A stretch of DNA of 64,000 bases from Flectonema sp. DT1601 (Eukaryota), in NCBI GenBank assembly GCA_964019425.1, contig OZ025794.1, positions 806,001-870,000 of the forward strand, read 5' to 3'. Below are positions 10,657 to 21,724 of this stretch, one piece after another; the stretch's first letter is position 1; each line of letters opens with the position of its first letter. Both the position numbers and the translations under genes were made by a program. Below the pieces are notes generated by a model that saw nothing but the letters and a program-made list of their open reading frames with translations, searched no databases and was not told the DNA's origin.

Positions 10657-13422
10657 TTAGGATGGAACAAGTGCACAGATTGTGGCTGATGACGAATTTA
10701 AGGTTTTAATATCCTCAGGTGGCTTTACGAACACAGTTCTCAAACGATAAGACGACGACACATTAGGAGATGCATGTAATCGAGATAGATGTGCAGCATT
10801 AATGACACCGTCAGTAGCAGTAGTTGAATCTGTACGTAGCCAGGGGTGGTGGAGGAGGGCGGATGCCATCCATCGACGTGACTTTGAAGGTGATAAACAT
10901 GATCGTAAAAAGTACTCTCCATTCTTTGATATACCTGAGGGAGTGTTTGGTGGTAGTACTTCTGACCAGTTTCCAATAGTAAGTAATGTCTGTACCACTG
11001 AAGAGAAGTTAGGCCATGGAGGACGACCGTTGCACAAAACTTCACAAGTTAGAATCCCAAGAGACCACACATCTGATTCCGTAGTACTCTCTGACCCAGT
11101 TACTACTTCAGGTGCCATCCATAGTGGGGTTCCAGTTGCTGCAGGTTTTCCATTGTTGTTGGCAGACTTAACTTTCTGAAGCGTTTTTGACTTCGCAAAT
11201 CCAGCCAGTTTGGCTGTACCAGTTTTATCGCAAACAATTACCGAATCACCTTTTATGTCACCGTGTACTATGCCACACGCGTGGAGGTGTATTAATCCAG
11301 ATACCACCTGAACTACGTATCCACCAGCTGTGACTTCTGACAACTGATGAGGACTTCTTCGTGCTATTGATCCCAATGTGCAGCCGTTTATGTGTTGGAG
11401 TTGAAGACAAATCTCATTAGTGTTGTCATCTGAGTGGAAACAGTTTAGAACTGATACGATATTCTTGTGAGTTAGTTTACGAAGTTCACTCAATTCCTTG
11501 ATTACGTCCTCTACGATAGCTGGAGTCGCATTAGATGGAAGTGGAATCTTCTTTACGACATCAACGACAGGATCTTCAACATGAACACTCTCATTAGATA
11601 TATTGTTATAGTTGTAATCTTTAATAAGATCTGAGTGAATCATTTTCTTAATCACATCTCTGTAGTCCGTCTGCACGTCTTCTTCAGAAGCACACATTGA
11701 AAGATCGTTTAAAAACCTTTCTCTGATACTTTTGTGAGCTGATTCCCTCCAAAGAGTTATTTCTTTAGATGAGAACCCCCAACTCGATAGTAGTTCAGAT
11801 ATGATTGCGATCTCTACAAGTAGTTCATTATAACAAGAGGGTGTTTGAATGGTGAGTTCTCGTAGTAAGGCGACTATTGTTTTGAGTGTGTTTGTTGCAA
11901 CTCTCTTAACGGAGGATTCTGCGGACTCGCTATTACATAACAGAGACATGTCGTTTGATAAAGTTGAAAAGAATGAATTGAATTCAGAGCTTGTTGGTCC
12001 CCATTTTATTGTTTCCGCCACCGCAGATGACTCGTCAGAGTCGGAGGCGGCGTCTTCCGGAGTTGAGTCATTTTCACTAATTCCATGAAAAATTGAAAAA
12101 AGTTTTCGCTCAACTTGCAATCCCTTCAGCTTCGCATACCTGTTGTTCAATCCAAAAGATGATTCTTGTATTAAAACAGGATTGATATTTATAATGTGTT
12201 CCTCACTAACTCTACTTGAAGAGTCATCGTTTTCAGTTTGAATACCACCACAGAATCCACCTTCTTGCAAGCAGGTGTTTGTTGATAAATACTTTAGTAT
12301 GATCCCTCTTGTGAGAGTAGTCGTAAGCTGCTGATTTTGAAAGACCGTTGGGTGAATACCAGGTGGTGGCTGTTGTATAAATGCTTGACTAACTAATGAT
12401 GAACAAACATATTCCGATAGAGTAGTTTGAGCAAATTGATATCCTAAATCAGCATCCATAGTTTCTGAAGAGATGATACAAGATATAATGTACGTCAGTT
12501 TTGATATTGTGGTTGCTGCTTCTGAATGCGTCAGGTTTGAATTTTCAACAGACTCTACGATGAATTCAACATGTGAAGCAATTAAAGGTGATACTATCTC
12601 AATCAATGAAGAAACGATAACTTCCGGATCTAAATCAGCTGCTATGGCGCACTGAGTAAACAGTTTCGTTGATTCTATCAAAATTCTTTGTGTTTCCTGA
12701 GGAACAGATTTCGACAGCTCTGTAGCAGTAACCATTGATATCCCTCCAGCGATTCTAGAAAGCAAATCACGTGATAATTTCATTGAAGAGAATGCGAGTC
12801 TCAGAGATGATGCAGCAGAGAGGACAGTTTTTACATCACAAGAATCTATTTGACTCCAAAGTTTTGCTTCAATTGAATCGACGATTGGCTGACACTGTTC
12901 TCTAATTATAACGAGACTCGGTAGTTTTATATGTTTTTGAAGTACTGTACGACCCTTAACCCAAAGCCGCACACCAACATCAAGTTCATTGTTTTCTAAA
13001 CTATTCTTCAATCGGGTAGGTAACGCTAACAATAGTTGTACTCCTGCTAGTGTTGCTGTTATAGCGATTAAGTGTTGTACCTGTTTAGCTCCTTCTTCAG
13101 TATTCCCATTCGCTTCTGATAAGTCTTTCTGACTACTTCCTATTGAAGATTGCAGAGAGTCTAGTTGTTGTTTCATTTCTTTAGCTTTATCCTTCAGCCC
13201 TCCAATCAGTCGAGTGCCGGTTGCAAAATTGCTGTAATTTGTGTATACCATTTGCTGCAGTTCGGAGTCTAGTTCTCCACTCTCGATTTCATACTTTCCT
13301 CTGACAGTCATTAACTCGCTGAGGCTTCGTTCCATAACAGCTGATTGAGACCATTTCACTACATCAAACGAGCTGCTGTCTAATTCATCAACTTCTTCAC
13401 AACCTCTCTGTGAATATTTCAT
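10657..13422 (-). CDS. Vps51-like N-terminal domain fused to a C-terminal STE/MAP3K-like pseudokinase domain
   Basis: ELDSSSFDVVKW..LSELM..ELDSELQQMVYTNYSNF is Vps51/Vps67-like. Kinase motifs HKNIV, HGDIKGDS, KLAGFA, GTPLWMAPE, SDVWSLG, LLHHPWL. One uninterrupted ORF; start may be 13422 or 13503. Confidence 0.8.
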   Translation of the reverse strand: MKYSQRGCEEVDELDSSSFDVVKWSQSAVMERSLSELMTVRGKYEIESGELDSELQQMVYTNYSNFATGTRLIGGLKDKAKEMKQQLDSLQSSIGSSQKDLSEANGNTEEGAKQVQHLIAITATLAGVQLLLALPTRLKNSLENNELDVGVRLWVKGRTVLQKHIKLPSLVIIREQCQPIVDSIEAKLWSQIDSCDVKTVLSAASSLRLAFSSMKLSRDLLSRIAGGISMVTATELSKSVPQETQRILIESTKLFTQCAIAADLDPEVIVSSLIEIVSPLIASHVEFIVESVENSNLTHSEAATTISKLTYIISCIISSETMDADLGYQFAQTTLSEYVCSSLVSQAFIQQPPPGIHPTVFQNQQLTTTLTRGIILKYLSTNTCLQEGGFCGGIQTENDDSSSRVSEEHIININPVLIQESSFGLNNRYAKLKGLQVERKLFSIFHGISENDSTPEDAASDSDESSAVAETIKWGPTSSEFNSFFSTLSNDMSLLCNSESAESSVKRVATNTLKTIVALLRELTIQTPSCYNELLVEIAIISELLSSWGFSSKEITLWRESAHKSIRERFLNDLSMCASEEDVQTDYRDVIKKMIHSDLIKDYNYNNISNESVHVEDPVVDVVKKIPLPSNATPAIVEDVIKELSELRKLTHKNIVSVLNCFHSDDNTNEICLQLQHINGCTLGSIARRSPHQLSEVTAGGYVVQVVSGLIHLHACGIVHGDIKGDSVIVCDKTGTAKLAGFAKSKTLQKVKSANNNGKPAATGTPLWMAPEVVTGSESTTESDVWSLGILTCEVLCNGRPPWPNFSSVVQTLLTIGNWSEVLPPNTPSGISKNGEYFLRSCLSPSKSRRWMASALLHHPWLRTDSTTATDGVINAAHLSRLHASPNVSSSYRLRTVFVKPPEDIKTLNSSSATICALVPS

Positions 13423-13569
13423 ATTGTGGATAGGAGAGGACTGTATAAGAACTGATAAGGTTTCTGTGGTACTTTTATAAATAATATCCTGTGTGCAATT
13501 CATTACAATTACAACACGAAAAGTCTATTCGTGTCTGACTAAAGATAGTTGAGTATAAAACAATAATTC

Positions 13570-15036
13570 CTATCTCATTCCTCTTCTATAAATGACAGGA
13601 GAGAATATCGGGGACCCATCGACCCATAAGTTTGATAATGTCTCTTCAACGGTTGTATTGTTAACGCTCTTTGAAATTGATGGCAACGTTGATGCAAATC
13701 GAATTTCACTGGCAGTCCATTCAATCTCTGGAACATATTGCCAAGCAAAAGTAGTTCCTCGGAAAGGTGCTACTCTAACGACTTTACCATTTGAACGAAG
13801 TTGAGCTCTACGATTCAAATCATTCTCGCTAAGGCGAGTAGTAGGAGTGAGTTGATTAAGGGTCGTTACAACTGTTGGTTCTGAAGATGGTTTGTTATCT
13901 AACAATTCTAAGTAAGATAGCTCTTTACCTGTCATCTCTTGAAATGGTATTTTATACCACTTGAATGAAGGTCCTTGAGATACGACAACAAGAACTTGAG
14001 CAGTCTCTCTCATTTGAATCCTGTTACCTATTAATGAAACATTAAGAGAAGAAGTTGGAGTGATTTCTGTAGAATTAAGAATCGGTGTGGTCGTATCAGC
14101 GGATAAGTGCCAACGTTGAGAGCCGATATCGTTTCCATAATTAGTTATGAATTCTAAATGAGTCAAAGCAAAACCATTACAGTAATCAACACGTCTTTCC
14201 CTTCTTGACAATCTCTGTTCCTTCAACATGATATCTCTACGCAATCGTTCTCGTAGTGTAGTTTCTTCAACACTTCTCGCAGGTTGTATTGATTGCATGG
14301 TTTCATTTTCATTGTAGTAATTCCGTTTCCTTGCTTGAGAACGTTCTGTTCCTTGTTTGATTAGTAATTCTATTTTATATTGTTTTAATTCTCTACTTCG
14401 AAGTGATGCAATTATCGAAGTAAAGTCCTGGATATTTGATAAACTTTTTTCATCAATCGAACAAAGAACACTACCGACTGGCACACCAGCAACAGCCATC
14501 ACGCTGTAGCGGTCGATTGCTGTGATTAGTAAACCACCTTCAGGTTGTGAAGAAGTGTTTTCAACGGTATACCCAAGAGGCTCATGTTCACTTGAGAGAT
14601 TCAGATCTATAGTTTCTTTATAATCCTCACAAACGACATTCGTTACCGTTAATGTAAAATTACTAAAACCTGAACTTCTTATTTCTTCAACCATTTTATG
14701 TGCTTCATCTGCACTCCCAGGTGCGACTCCATTCACACCTGAAACCAGTCTGTGAATTGGAACATGACCACCAGGGCTATTCTTTATTACAGAGCCAATA
14801 GTGACTCCTAATTTAGTATCCTTAAAAGCGATTCCATGATCATCATCTTCTCCTTTAACTTTTATTTCATAAGTAAACAGATCTCTCTTAGTAGGTTCAG
14901 ATAATGTGTGGCTAGCAAGAGATCGATTTATCGGAGTATTTGTATCGGACTCTTCAAAAGAAGCAATCGAAGAAGTTTCATTACTTTTATTCGAACCTTT
15001 TGAAGATATCGACGACGCTGTTACAGTGTGCGACAT
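13570..15036 (-). CDS. Protein with two PDZ-like domains and an ERRxD..G...EF...YG...W module
   Basis: HGIAF..GVTIGSVIKNSPG..VSGVNG; PLGYTV..GLLITAIDRYS..AGVPVGSVLCSIDE; ERRVDYCNGFALTHLEFITNYGNDIGSQRW. Confidence 0.7.
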   Translation of the reverse strand: MSHTVTASSISSKGSNKSNETSSIASFEESDTNTPINRSLASHTLSEPTKRDLFTYEIKVKGEDDDHGIAFKDTKLGVTIGSVIKNSPGGHVPIHRLVSGVNGVAPGSADEAHKMVEEIRSSGFSNFTLTVTNVVCEDYKETIDLNLSSEHEPLGYTVENTSSQPEGGLLITAIDRYSVMAVAGVPVGSVLCSIDEKSLSNIQDFTSIIASLRSRELKQYKIELLIKQGTERSQARKRNYYNENETMQSIQPARSVEETTLRERLRRDIMLKEQRLSRRERRVDYCNGFALTHLEFITNYGNDIGSQRWHLSADTTTPILNSTEITPTSSLNVSLIGNRIQMRETAQVLVVVSQGPSFKWYKIPFQEMTGKELSYLELLDNKPSSEPTVVTTLNQLTPTTRLSENDLNRRAQLRSNGKVVRVAPFRGTTFAWQYVPEIEWTASEIRFASTLPSISKSVNNTTVEETLSNLWVDGSPIFSPVIYRRGMR

Positions 15037-15257
15037 CTTCGTGTGCTGTCTCTCTGAAAAGGTTAAACAAACAAAACTATTATTTTACTACCAGTTGTTT
15101 GTAATCCTTAGGCTACTTTCATTCTTGTAATCTGTTTGAAGATAATAATTATTAATCATGACAGTGGTTTAAAAAGAACAGAACAGAATACTCAATTTTA
15201 TCTATAATAAAAATCTATTAAAAGGTACAAAAAAAAAACAGGAAAAGTGTATTAAAT

Positions 15258-17672
15258 TTACTGCGCTGTCAGAGCGAGTCTCCGAGCTCTGGCCTTTTCA
15301 ACTGCGGCTTCGAGAGAATCGATTTCATGTGACCAGTTAGTTGAGTTTTCGTTTGGTTTGGTGTTTGTTGTCAACTGAACTTCACTTGCTGTTGATGCTA
15401 TCAAGTCAGTAACTGAATTCTGAGTCGTGTCTGACACTTTAGTAACGTTTGTTGTCAAGAGTTGGAGTTGTTTTGTATGTTCTCCAGCTGCATGTCTTTT
15501 AGTTGCCATTTCTTCAGGTATCGGATTTAAGACTACGGAGGAGATCTGTTTTTCGTTTCTTAAATTATTTGAGTCACTCGACAACACTGCAGCATCAGAA
15601 GCTCTCTGTAATTTAACTCTTTGAAGGTGTTCTTGAAGTATGTGTTGAGTCTTACTTGAGAATTCACTACCAGTACCAGTAATAGTAGTTGTTGTGGATA
15701 ATGATATTTGTGTATTTGGTAAATCAATAAACTCATCAGCTATTGATTCATCTTCTTGAGTATGTTGTACAACTTCAAGTGATGATGTTCCACTTAGACG
15801 TCGTGATCTAACTTTATTTAGTTTGATAGTCAGATTGTTATCTGTCGGGTTCGTTATTTCAGTACTTTCTAATGGAAGAGAAGATGACACTGAGTTACTC
15901 CCCTCACGTCTGGCTCTTACTTCTTTCAGTTTCCGCGCCATCTCATCATCAACATGGTTGTCATTTCTGATGCTCTTCGAATCGATTGCTCGGTCCTTCT
16001 TTGTAAAGTGTTCTGAAGGACCACTTTCGCGTCTGTTTCGGACTTCAGTCAGTTTGCTTTCTATTTCGTTATCAATGTCGTTGGTACTTACCTGTCGCTG
16101 CGGTTTGGTTTCTTTTAATTTTAATAAAATATTATCAACAGAAGTAATGTCATCACTTGTTGTTGCTGTACTTGATCGACGTGACTTAACCAATTCTGTT
16201 TGAGATGAGGAAATCAATTCCGTCGGTGAAACACTTTTAGCAGTTTGTCTTGATTCGTTGATGATGTTATTTTCTCTTTGGAATCTCATTCTTTGGACAG
16301 CACGCGCTAACTTTTCATCAACAGATTCATCATTTGATTTGATAAGTAACTCACTTGAGCTGACAGCTACTCGACCAACGTCGTCAGCACTCTTTACGTT
16401 CCATTCTGACTCGACGATGGTGCCGGTTTCTCGTTGGCAGCGCATCTTCTTCACTGCGAGTGCTAGTTTGTCATCGATAGTCTCATCCTTTGAGGATTTT
16501 ATAATTACTTCTTCCTTTTTGATTACAGCCGATTCGCTCAGGGTTCCAGTCTCTCGCTGAAGTCGAACTCTTTGGACCGCAAGCGCTAACTTGTCATCGA
16601 CTGTTTCCGGACTCGTTGACTTGACAGGTGCTGATATTTCAAGAGGTAACGAATCGCTAAATATTCCTGTTTCTCGTTGACGGCGGACTTTCTGTACTGC
16701 CCTCTCTAACTGATCATCAACTGTACGACTACTCTCAGTTGATTGAGAATGATGAGTCGATCTGCTATCACTGAAATCACTTGTTTCTCTCTGAGCTCTT
16801 ACTTTCTTAACTGCGAGTGCTAGTTGATCATCGATCTGGTTGATATTTGTAATTGGAGACACACCTCCTTCACGACGTGATTTCAATTTTTTCAATTCAT
16901 TCTCGAGTTTGTCTTCTACTGAAGATTCTCTTTTTGATATCAAATAATCAGATTTTCGACAAACCAATTCTTTATCAACATTATTACAAATAGAAGTTGA
17001 TAAATAACTATTGGGTAATTTAAGAGCAGCACAAAGTCTCTTGTTGGAAGTAATTGATGAATCCCTTGACAAGCCATGTCTGATATCTGCAGAAAGTTGA
17101 TAGTCGGAGTTGGTGAAAAGTTGTTGCCATTCAAGAAATGACAATGATTTAGACCAGTGTACATCTTTAAGAATATCCGTAAAACTAACACCTAATTTCG
17201 AAAATGACATTTGAATATCCGTTACTAACATTCCAATACTATCTTTGCTAATCAGAAAAAAGAGATATCTCGCTAAAATCCAATCACTGTAACAACAATT
17301 ATCAATCGGTGACGGAATCTCTACAGTGTATATCGGAAAGTTACTGTGCCAGACAGAATCACTTTGAGCTGATAAGAGTTGATATTCTTTTACTTTACCA
17401 CCCAGGAATGGATACCACTCACCAGTCGTATCGTCGTATGATGAAATAGAATTAACTGAGTAGGGCTCGTTTAATGCGTGTGGTGATACTTTATTACTAA
17501 TCTCTGTTAGTTGAGTTGATAACTTACTGATGGTAGATGATTCAGAGTAATACTCATCATTTCCTATTGGTATAAGTTTAGTTATCTGACAACCAAAAAC
17601 ATTTGCTGTTACGTATACGACGGTGTCTCGTGTTGGTGGAATGACGTTGGACTTGTTGATTGGAACTGGCAT
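15258..17672 (-). CDS. BILBO1 N-terminal-domain-like protein with degenerate EF-hand region and about 11 spaced helical repeats
   Basis: VYVTANVFG...ISSYDDTTGEW...YQLLSAQ...WH..EIP resembles the trypanosome BILBO1 NTD (VQVAADIF...YDEELNKW...QLYVFQ...WH...EIP). Repeats of DDKLALAVQRVRLQRETG type. Confidence 0.65.
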   Translation of the reverse strand: MPVPINKSNVIPPTRDTVVYVTANVFGCQITKLIPIGNDEYYSESSTISKLSTQLTEISNKVSPHALNEPYSVNSISSYDDTTGEWYPFLGGKVKEYQLLSAQSDSVWHSNFPIYTVEIPSPIDNCCYSDWILARYLFFLISKDSIGMLVTDIQMSFSKLGVSFTDILKDVHWSKSLSFLEWQQLFTNSDYQLSADIRHGLSRDSSITSNKRLCAALKLPNSYLSTSICNNVDKELVCRKSDYLISKRESSVEDKLENELKKLKSRREGGVSPITNINQIDDQLALAVKKVRAQRETSDFSDSRSTHHSQSTESSRTVDDQLERAVQKVRRQRETGIFSDSLPLEISAPVKSTSPETVDDKLALAVQRVRLQRETGTLSESAVIKKEEVIIKSSKDETIDDKLALAVKKMRCQRETGTIVESEWNVKSADDVGRVAVSSSELLIKSNDESVDEKLARAVQRMRFQRENNIINESRQTAKSVSPTELISSSQTELVKSRRSSTATTSDDITSVDNILLKLKETKPQRQVSTNDIDNEIESKLTEVRNRRESGPSEHFTKKDRAIDSKSIRNDNHVDDEMARKLKEVRARREGSNSVSSSLPLESTEITNPTDNNLTIKLNKVRSRRLSGTSSLEVVQHTQEDESIADEFIDLPNTQISLSTTTTITGTGSEFSSKTQHILQEHLQRVKLQRASDAAVLSSDSNNLRNEKQISSVVLNPIPEEMATKRHAAGEHTKQLQLLTTNVTKVSDTTQNSVTDLIASTASEVQLTTNTKPNENSTNWSHEIDSLEAAVEKARARRLALTAQ

Positions 17673-18333
17673 GTCTGTAGTCTACCTGAGAAATTGTTAA
17701 CATAAAGAATTAATTGAATAACACGAATTATAATCAATTTTTTCTTCCCTTTATCGGGTATTGATATATCAGACGAAACAAAAAAAAAAAAAAAACGTTG
17801 GCAGAGAGTCTGAACAAACGAAAACACTGAAGCAGCTTACGCACGGTATTATTTATCTTTTATTTTTCTTTTTGCCTGTACTGACTGGATCCGTACAGGT
17901 TTCTTTTGTCGGAGACATTAAATACGATAATCAGATCTCATCAATCAAAAGAAAGAGAGAAACAACCATTCGACACCTAACACATGTTACGTACTTTTTC
18001 TTTCTTTTCCTTTTCATTTAAAAAAGAAAACGATTTGCAAATTAAATCTCAAAAAAAAAAAAAAAAAGAAAAAGCAAAAGAATTTTGCCAGTTGCAGGAG
18101 CAAGGGTCCTACCCAACACGGCATGCTTCTTAGGTTTATTATTTTTTTTTTTTTTTTTTTGAATATCAAAGAAAGTATTAACACCACCTTGATAACTTCA
18201 CAATTGCCAAATGATTGGTTTTTCGTTCTTTTTTTTTAAAAGTGTTTTTTCTTGAGTATAAGAAAAAGACAAACTTCGGGTAGTACAAATAATTTTCTAT
18301 TCATTTTTCTTGTGATGTTCGCCTTTGTTAAAA

Positions 18334-19764
18334 CTACTGACACACTCCTGGTACGTCAGCAACAACGTAGGCGTAAGTGTTATTCAAAAGAACAAAGTTG
18401 GTGTTTGCCTGTGCATGAACAGGAGTGATTGCGCTATCGTAGGCAAGTACTTTTCCATTAAGAAGAACACTAGTAGAGTTAATGAATGGAGCAGTCATGT
18501 GGTATTCATCACGAGTAGGCTTTGAAGAAGTTGGTAGTTTCACATTCACAGTTTCGTTACCGAAATTTAATAACAAAAATGAGACTGCAGTGTTGTTTCT
18601 GTTACAGTGTGCCCATGATCTTACCATTCCATTATCAGTAGAAGAATCTAAAACAGTTGGTCCCATTAAAGAGTGGAATAGAAGAGCTCCGTAGTAGTCT
18701 GGGTTTGGTTCCATTGTGAGGTGGTTAAGTAGTTCGTAGTTTCCACCAATAAAGGCCTGTCTGCAAAATACTTTCTGTCCAGCAGCTGCTAGTCCGCCAA
18801 GGGAATCAAGGTACCAGAAAGCGTCCATGTATCTGTTACTTGTTCCGTTGTGTCCGCTGTTGTAGCATCCTCCAGATTCACCCATCCATACCTGAACTTC
18901 ACCGTTTGATGCTTTTTTTGTTGTTTGTGTCGCTTCGGCGGCAGTTCCGAACCAGCTGGTGTGCTGTTTTGGGTCCATAACTTTCTTGTTCAAGTCTGGG
19001 TTTTGGTAACCAGCTCCAAGAGGGTAGTCGTGCCAAGTAACAGCGTGGACAATATCTTTAACAAGAGGAATTAGTTCAGAAAAGAATTCATTATTCCACT
19101 GAATCTCATCAGGAGCAATAATCTTTGGAACAGTCAATGACGGGTCCTTTGCGTAAGCAGCAGTGATCACGTCGTGAAGTTGGTGAAGACCCTCAGCAAA
19201 GACAGAAGCGCTGTACTTCAGCTCGTTACCATATTCAAAAGCATACACATCATATTTCATGGCAACGGTGTGTTCAATAAGAGCTTTTGCGTTTGATGGA
19301 TCCCAGTGTCCATTTGTTCTGTTGTAGTTTGCGTTAATTCCGAAGATTAGTTTAGCGTCAGTTGCGTTAGCAAACTGGACGATCTCTCCCCAGCGATCCA
19401 TCGATAAGCAACCTCCTGAAAACATTGAAGCTTGTGTTGGTGGTTGTGGTGACATGTCTGGACAGTTTGGAAGTGGGCTCCCAACGTTGTAGACAATTCC
19501 ATCACAAAGTGTTCCTCCAATTCTGAGGTATGCTCCGTTAATCCTTTTTACAGCCATTCTTAACTTTTCATTACTCAGGTCACTATTTAGAACACCAGCA
19601 TTTCCCCACGGACAAACATCCCAATTACATTTGTTTGAAGGCCACCAATCCATTCCGAGGCAAACAAAATTCTCATCACTTGTCGCAACAGGTGAGCTCT
19701 TAACGTTTACCGTTACTAATGAAGCAGCCGTCAGGGACGACGCCACCATTGAGAGTGTCATCAT
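18334..19764 (-). CDS. Heparanase-like glycoside hydrolase family 79 (beta-glucuronidase-like), secreted
   Basis: NFVCLGMDWWP..KC..CPWG..LN.DL, LRIGGTL.D, FEYGNE (acid/base), WMGESGG (nucleophile), FCRQAFIGGNY, PNPDYY; hydrophobic N-terminus. Confidence 0.9.
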   Translation of the reverse strand: MMTLSMVASSLTAASLVTVNVKSSPVATSDENFVCLGMDWWPSNKCNWDVCPWGNAGVLNSDLSNEKLRMAVKRINGAYLRIGGTLCDGIVYNVGSPLPNCPDMSPQPPTQASMFSGGCLSMDRWGEIVQFANATDAKLIFGINANYNRTNGHWDPSNAKALIEHTVAMKYDVYAFEYGNELKYSASVFAEGLHQLHDVITAAYAKDPSLTVPKIIAPDEIQWNNEFFSELIPLVKDIVHAVTWHDYPLGAGYQNPDLNKKVMDPKQHTSWFGTAAEATQTTKKASNGEVQVWMGESGGCYNSGHNGTSNRYMDAFWYLDSLGGLAAAGQKVFCRQAFIGGNYELLNHLTMEPNPDYYGALLFHSLMGPTVLDSSTDNGMVRSWAHCNRNNTAVSFLLLNFGNETVNVKLPTSSKPTRDEYHMTAPFINSTSVLLNGKVLAYDSAITPVHAQANTNFVLLNNTYAYVVADVPGVCQ

Positions 19765-20337
19765 TTTTGTCTGTAAAAATAAATATATCCTCAACTTGCT
19801 TTACTCTTTTGGGATCAGAAAATAAGGTCACTCGGAAAGAGCTAATATTCACTACTCACTCTCGTAAATAAAGGGCAAAGGGAATGACAAGCACGCCCTT
19901 ACACAAAATATCTCTCACTTACTCCAAGTAACAAGAAATAACAAGAAAGGAGAACTTCGGAAAGAACAATAAATATGTACGAAGAGCTAGAAAACTGAAA
20001 TATTGAGTGAAACAACAATTAAAAGGAATCGTTAAAACACGAATAAAATCAACCGAACGGACCTCAATAAGAAGTCACTGTTGCTTTTCGATAGCAGCGA
20101 GATATTTTTATCAGGTTGGCAATATGAAAAAAATGGGATTTTCGATTTGTATGTCGAAATGTGCAGTTAATTGTAAGAACTAAAGTAATAGAGGAATCAA
20201 CTGCACAGGGTTTAGAATAAATTAAAAAACACAGCTGCGGGTAGGCAGTATTTTGCCACAGGAGTACTTAGAGTTAGAAATGAATCTGCCAACAAGAACA
20301 AAAATATTTTAGACAAAGATGTATAGAAAAGAAAATC

Positions 20338-21598
20338 TTAAAAACTCGAAGGGGGACTGATGGCAGGGCATCCCACAACACCATCATCAAAAGAAGTGCT
20401 AAAGATACGTCCACCTGTTGCGAATGGAAGTCTTTTATCAACAAGACAGGCTGCTACTAGTCCTCTGTCAAGCATACACTTGGCGTTGATCGTTTTAATT
20501 CGTTTATTAATCTTCCAAGTACAGTTACCTGATTGCGGAGTATCATCACCTTGACATTCACCTTTCGAAGGGAGTGAATACCAAGAACCTGTTTCAGTGT
20601 TCTCTGCGCACTGACCAGCCTGGTCCGGTCCGAGAGCACCACTGGCTTCTCTTCCAATAAAGAAATTCTCAGTTCCAACACATTTTGGTGGATAGTCATT
20701 ACACATACGGTACTGTCCCCAGTTAGTGTTTACAGAAAGTGAATATTTTGAAATATACTGATAATGATCTCGTTGAGTATTTGTACTATCAAAACAAACA
20801 AAGTAAGTGTCTCCTATCAAATCTGCGACATCTTGACCAGAAATGTTCCATTCGTTTGATGGATGAAAAACATAGACATCCATATCCTTAACAATTGGTT
20901 TACTATTACGATCATTGCAAGTTGGTGGGTTGTCGATCTTTGTTTTGTTAAAGTTTTTAAATACAGAAAAATCAACATTCGTCGTTACGACATCACTAAA
21001 AACCATCAAAGTGACAGTTCTGGTTGCCGGCTGTCCAGGTAAATTCTGTTGCGTGACATTACTAAATAACCCAACAGGAATGTTAGTATCAACCTGAGAG
21101 TAGTATTGCATGTGTGTCTTGTTATTTGGTCGATAATCCCAAATAGTGACATTCTTACCCTGTGAGTTTAGTTATATTGTCTTTTACTATATTCAACAAG
21201 ATAAATAAATAATTTTTTTTAAAAAAAAGGATACATACACCAACAACATTAGTTCCATTGTAGTGAGAATACGGAACGAACGCAAACTGGTCTGGGAATT
21301 CCTTCATAGTCATTATCTCTTTTGGCAAACTATTAACACCATAGTAGACACCGTCAGACATGATGTATTCTGTCATGTTGGCCCATTCTCCTGGTGTACC
21401 GATTTTATCTTTTGGTGTTAAGTTTGATATTGAGTGAGTCTTAATGCATTGACGACTATTGTTTTTGTCAAACCAATAATTTCCAACAAGAGATGAAATG
21501 ACTCCTGGCACACTGTAATTAATACCCGCGGAGAATGCATCTGGTACTGCTGGAGGTGAAATTGCGAGAGCTGCGATGACTGTGGTTAACATCATCAT
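20338..21598 (-). CDS. Secreted protein, ependymin/LolA-like N-half plus Cys-rich C-terminal domain; exons 21239-21598 and 20338-21159; 393 aa
   Basis: Signal peptide MMMLTTVIAALA; PP.VP..F..G..WFD; intron 21160-21238 joins ORFs in frame (NVVG|GKNVTIWD); C-terminal Y..CN..IGRE..GSWYSLP..GEC..CTW. Confidence 0.75.
21160..21238 (-). other. Spliceosomal intron, 79 nt
   Basis: GTATGT...AAAAGACAATATAACTAAACTCACAG; restores frame. Confidence 0.85.
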
Positions 21599-21724
21599 TT
21601 TGTTGATAAATAGACAACTGAAAAGTTAATAAAACAATATGAATAAATAGAACCACAACCCAACACAATAAAATAACAAAACAGAAAGTGTAAATGTAAA
21701 AACCTAATCAAAACGAAGTAAACC

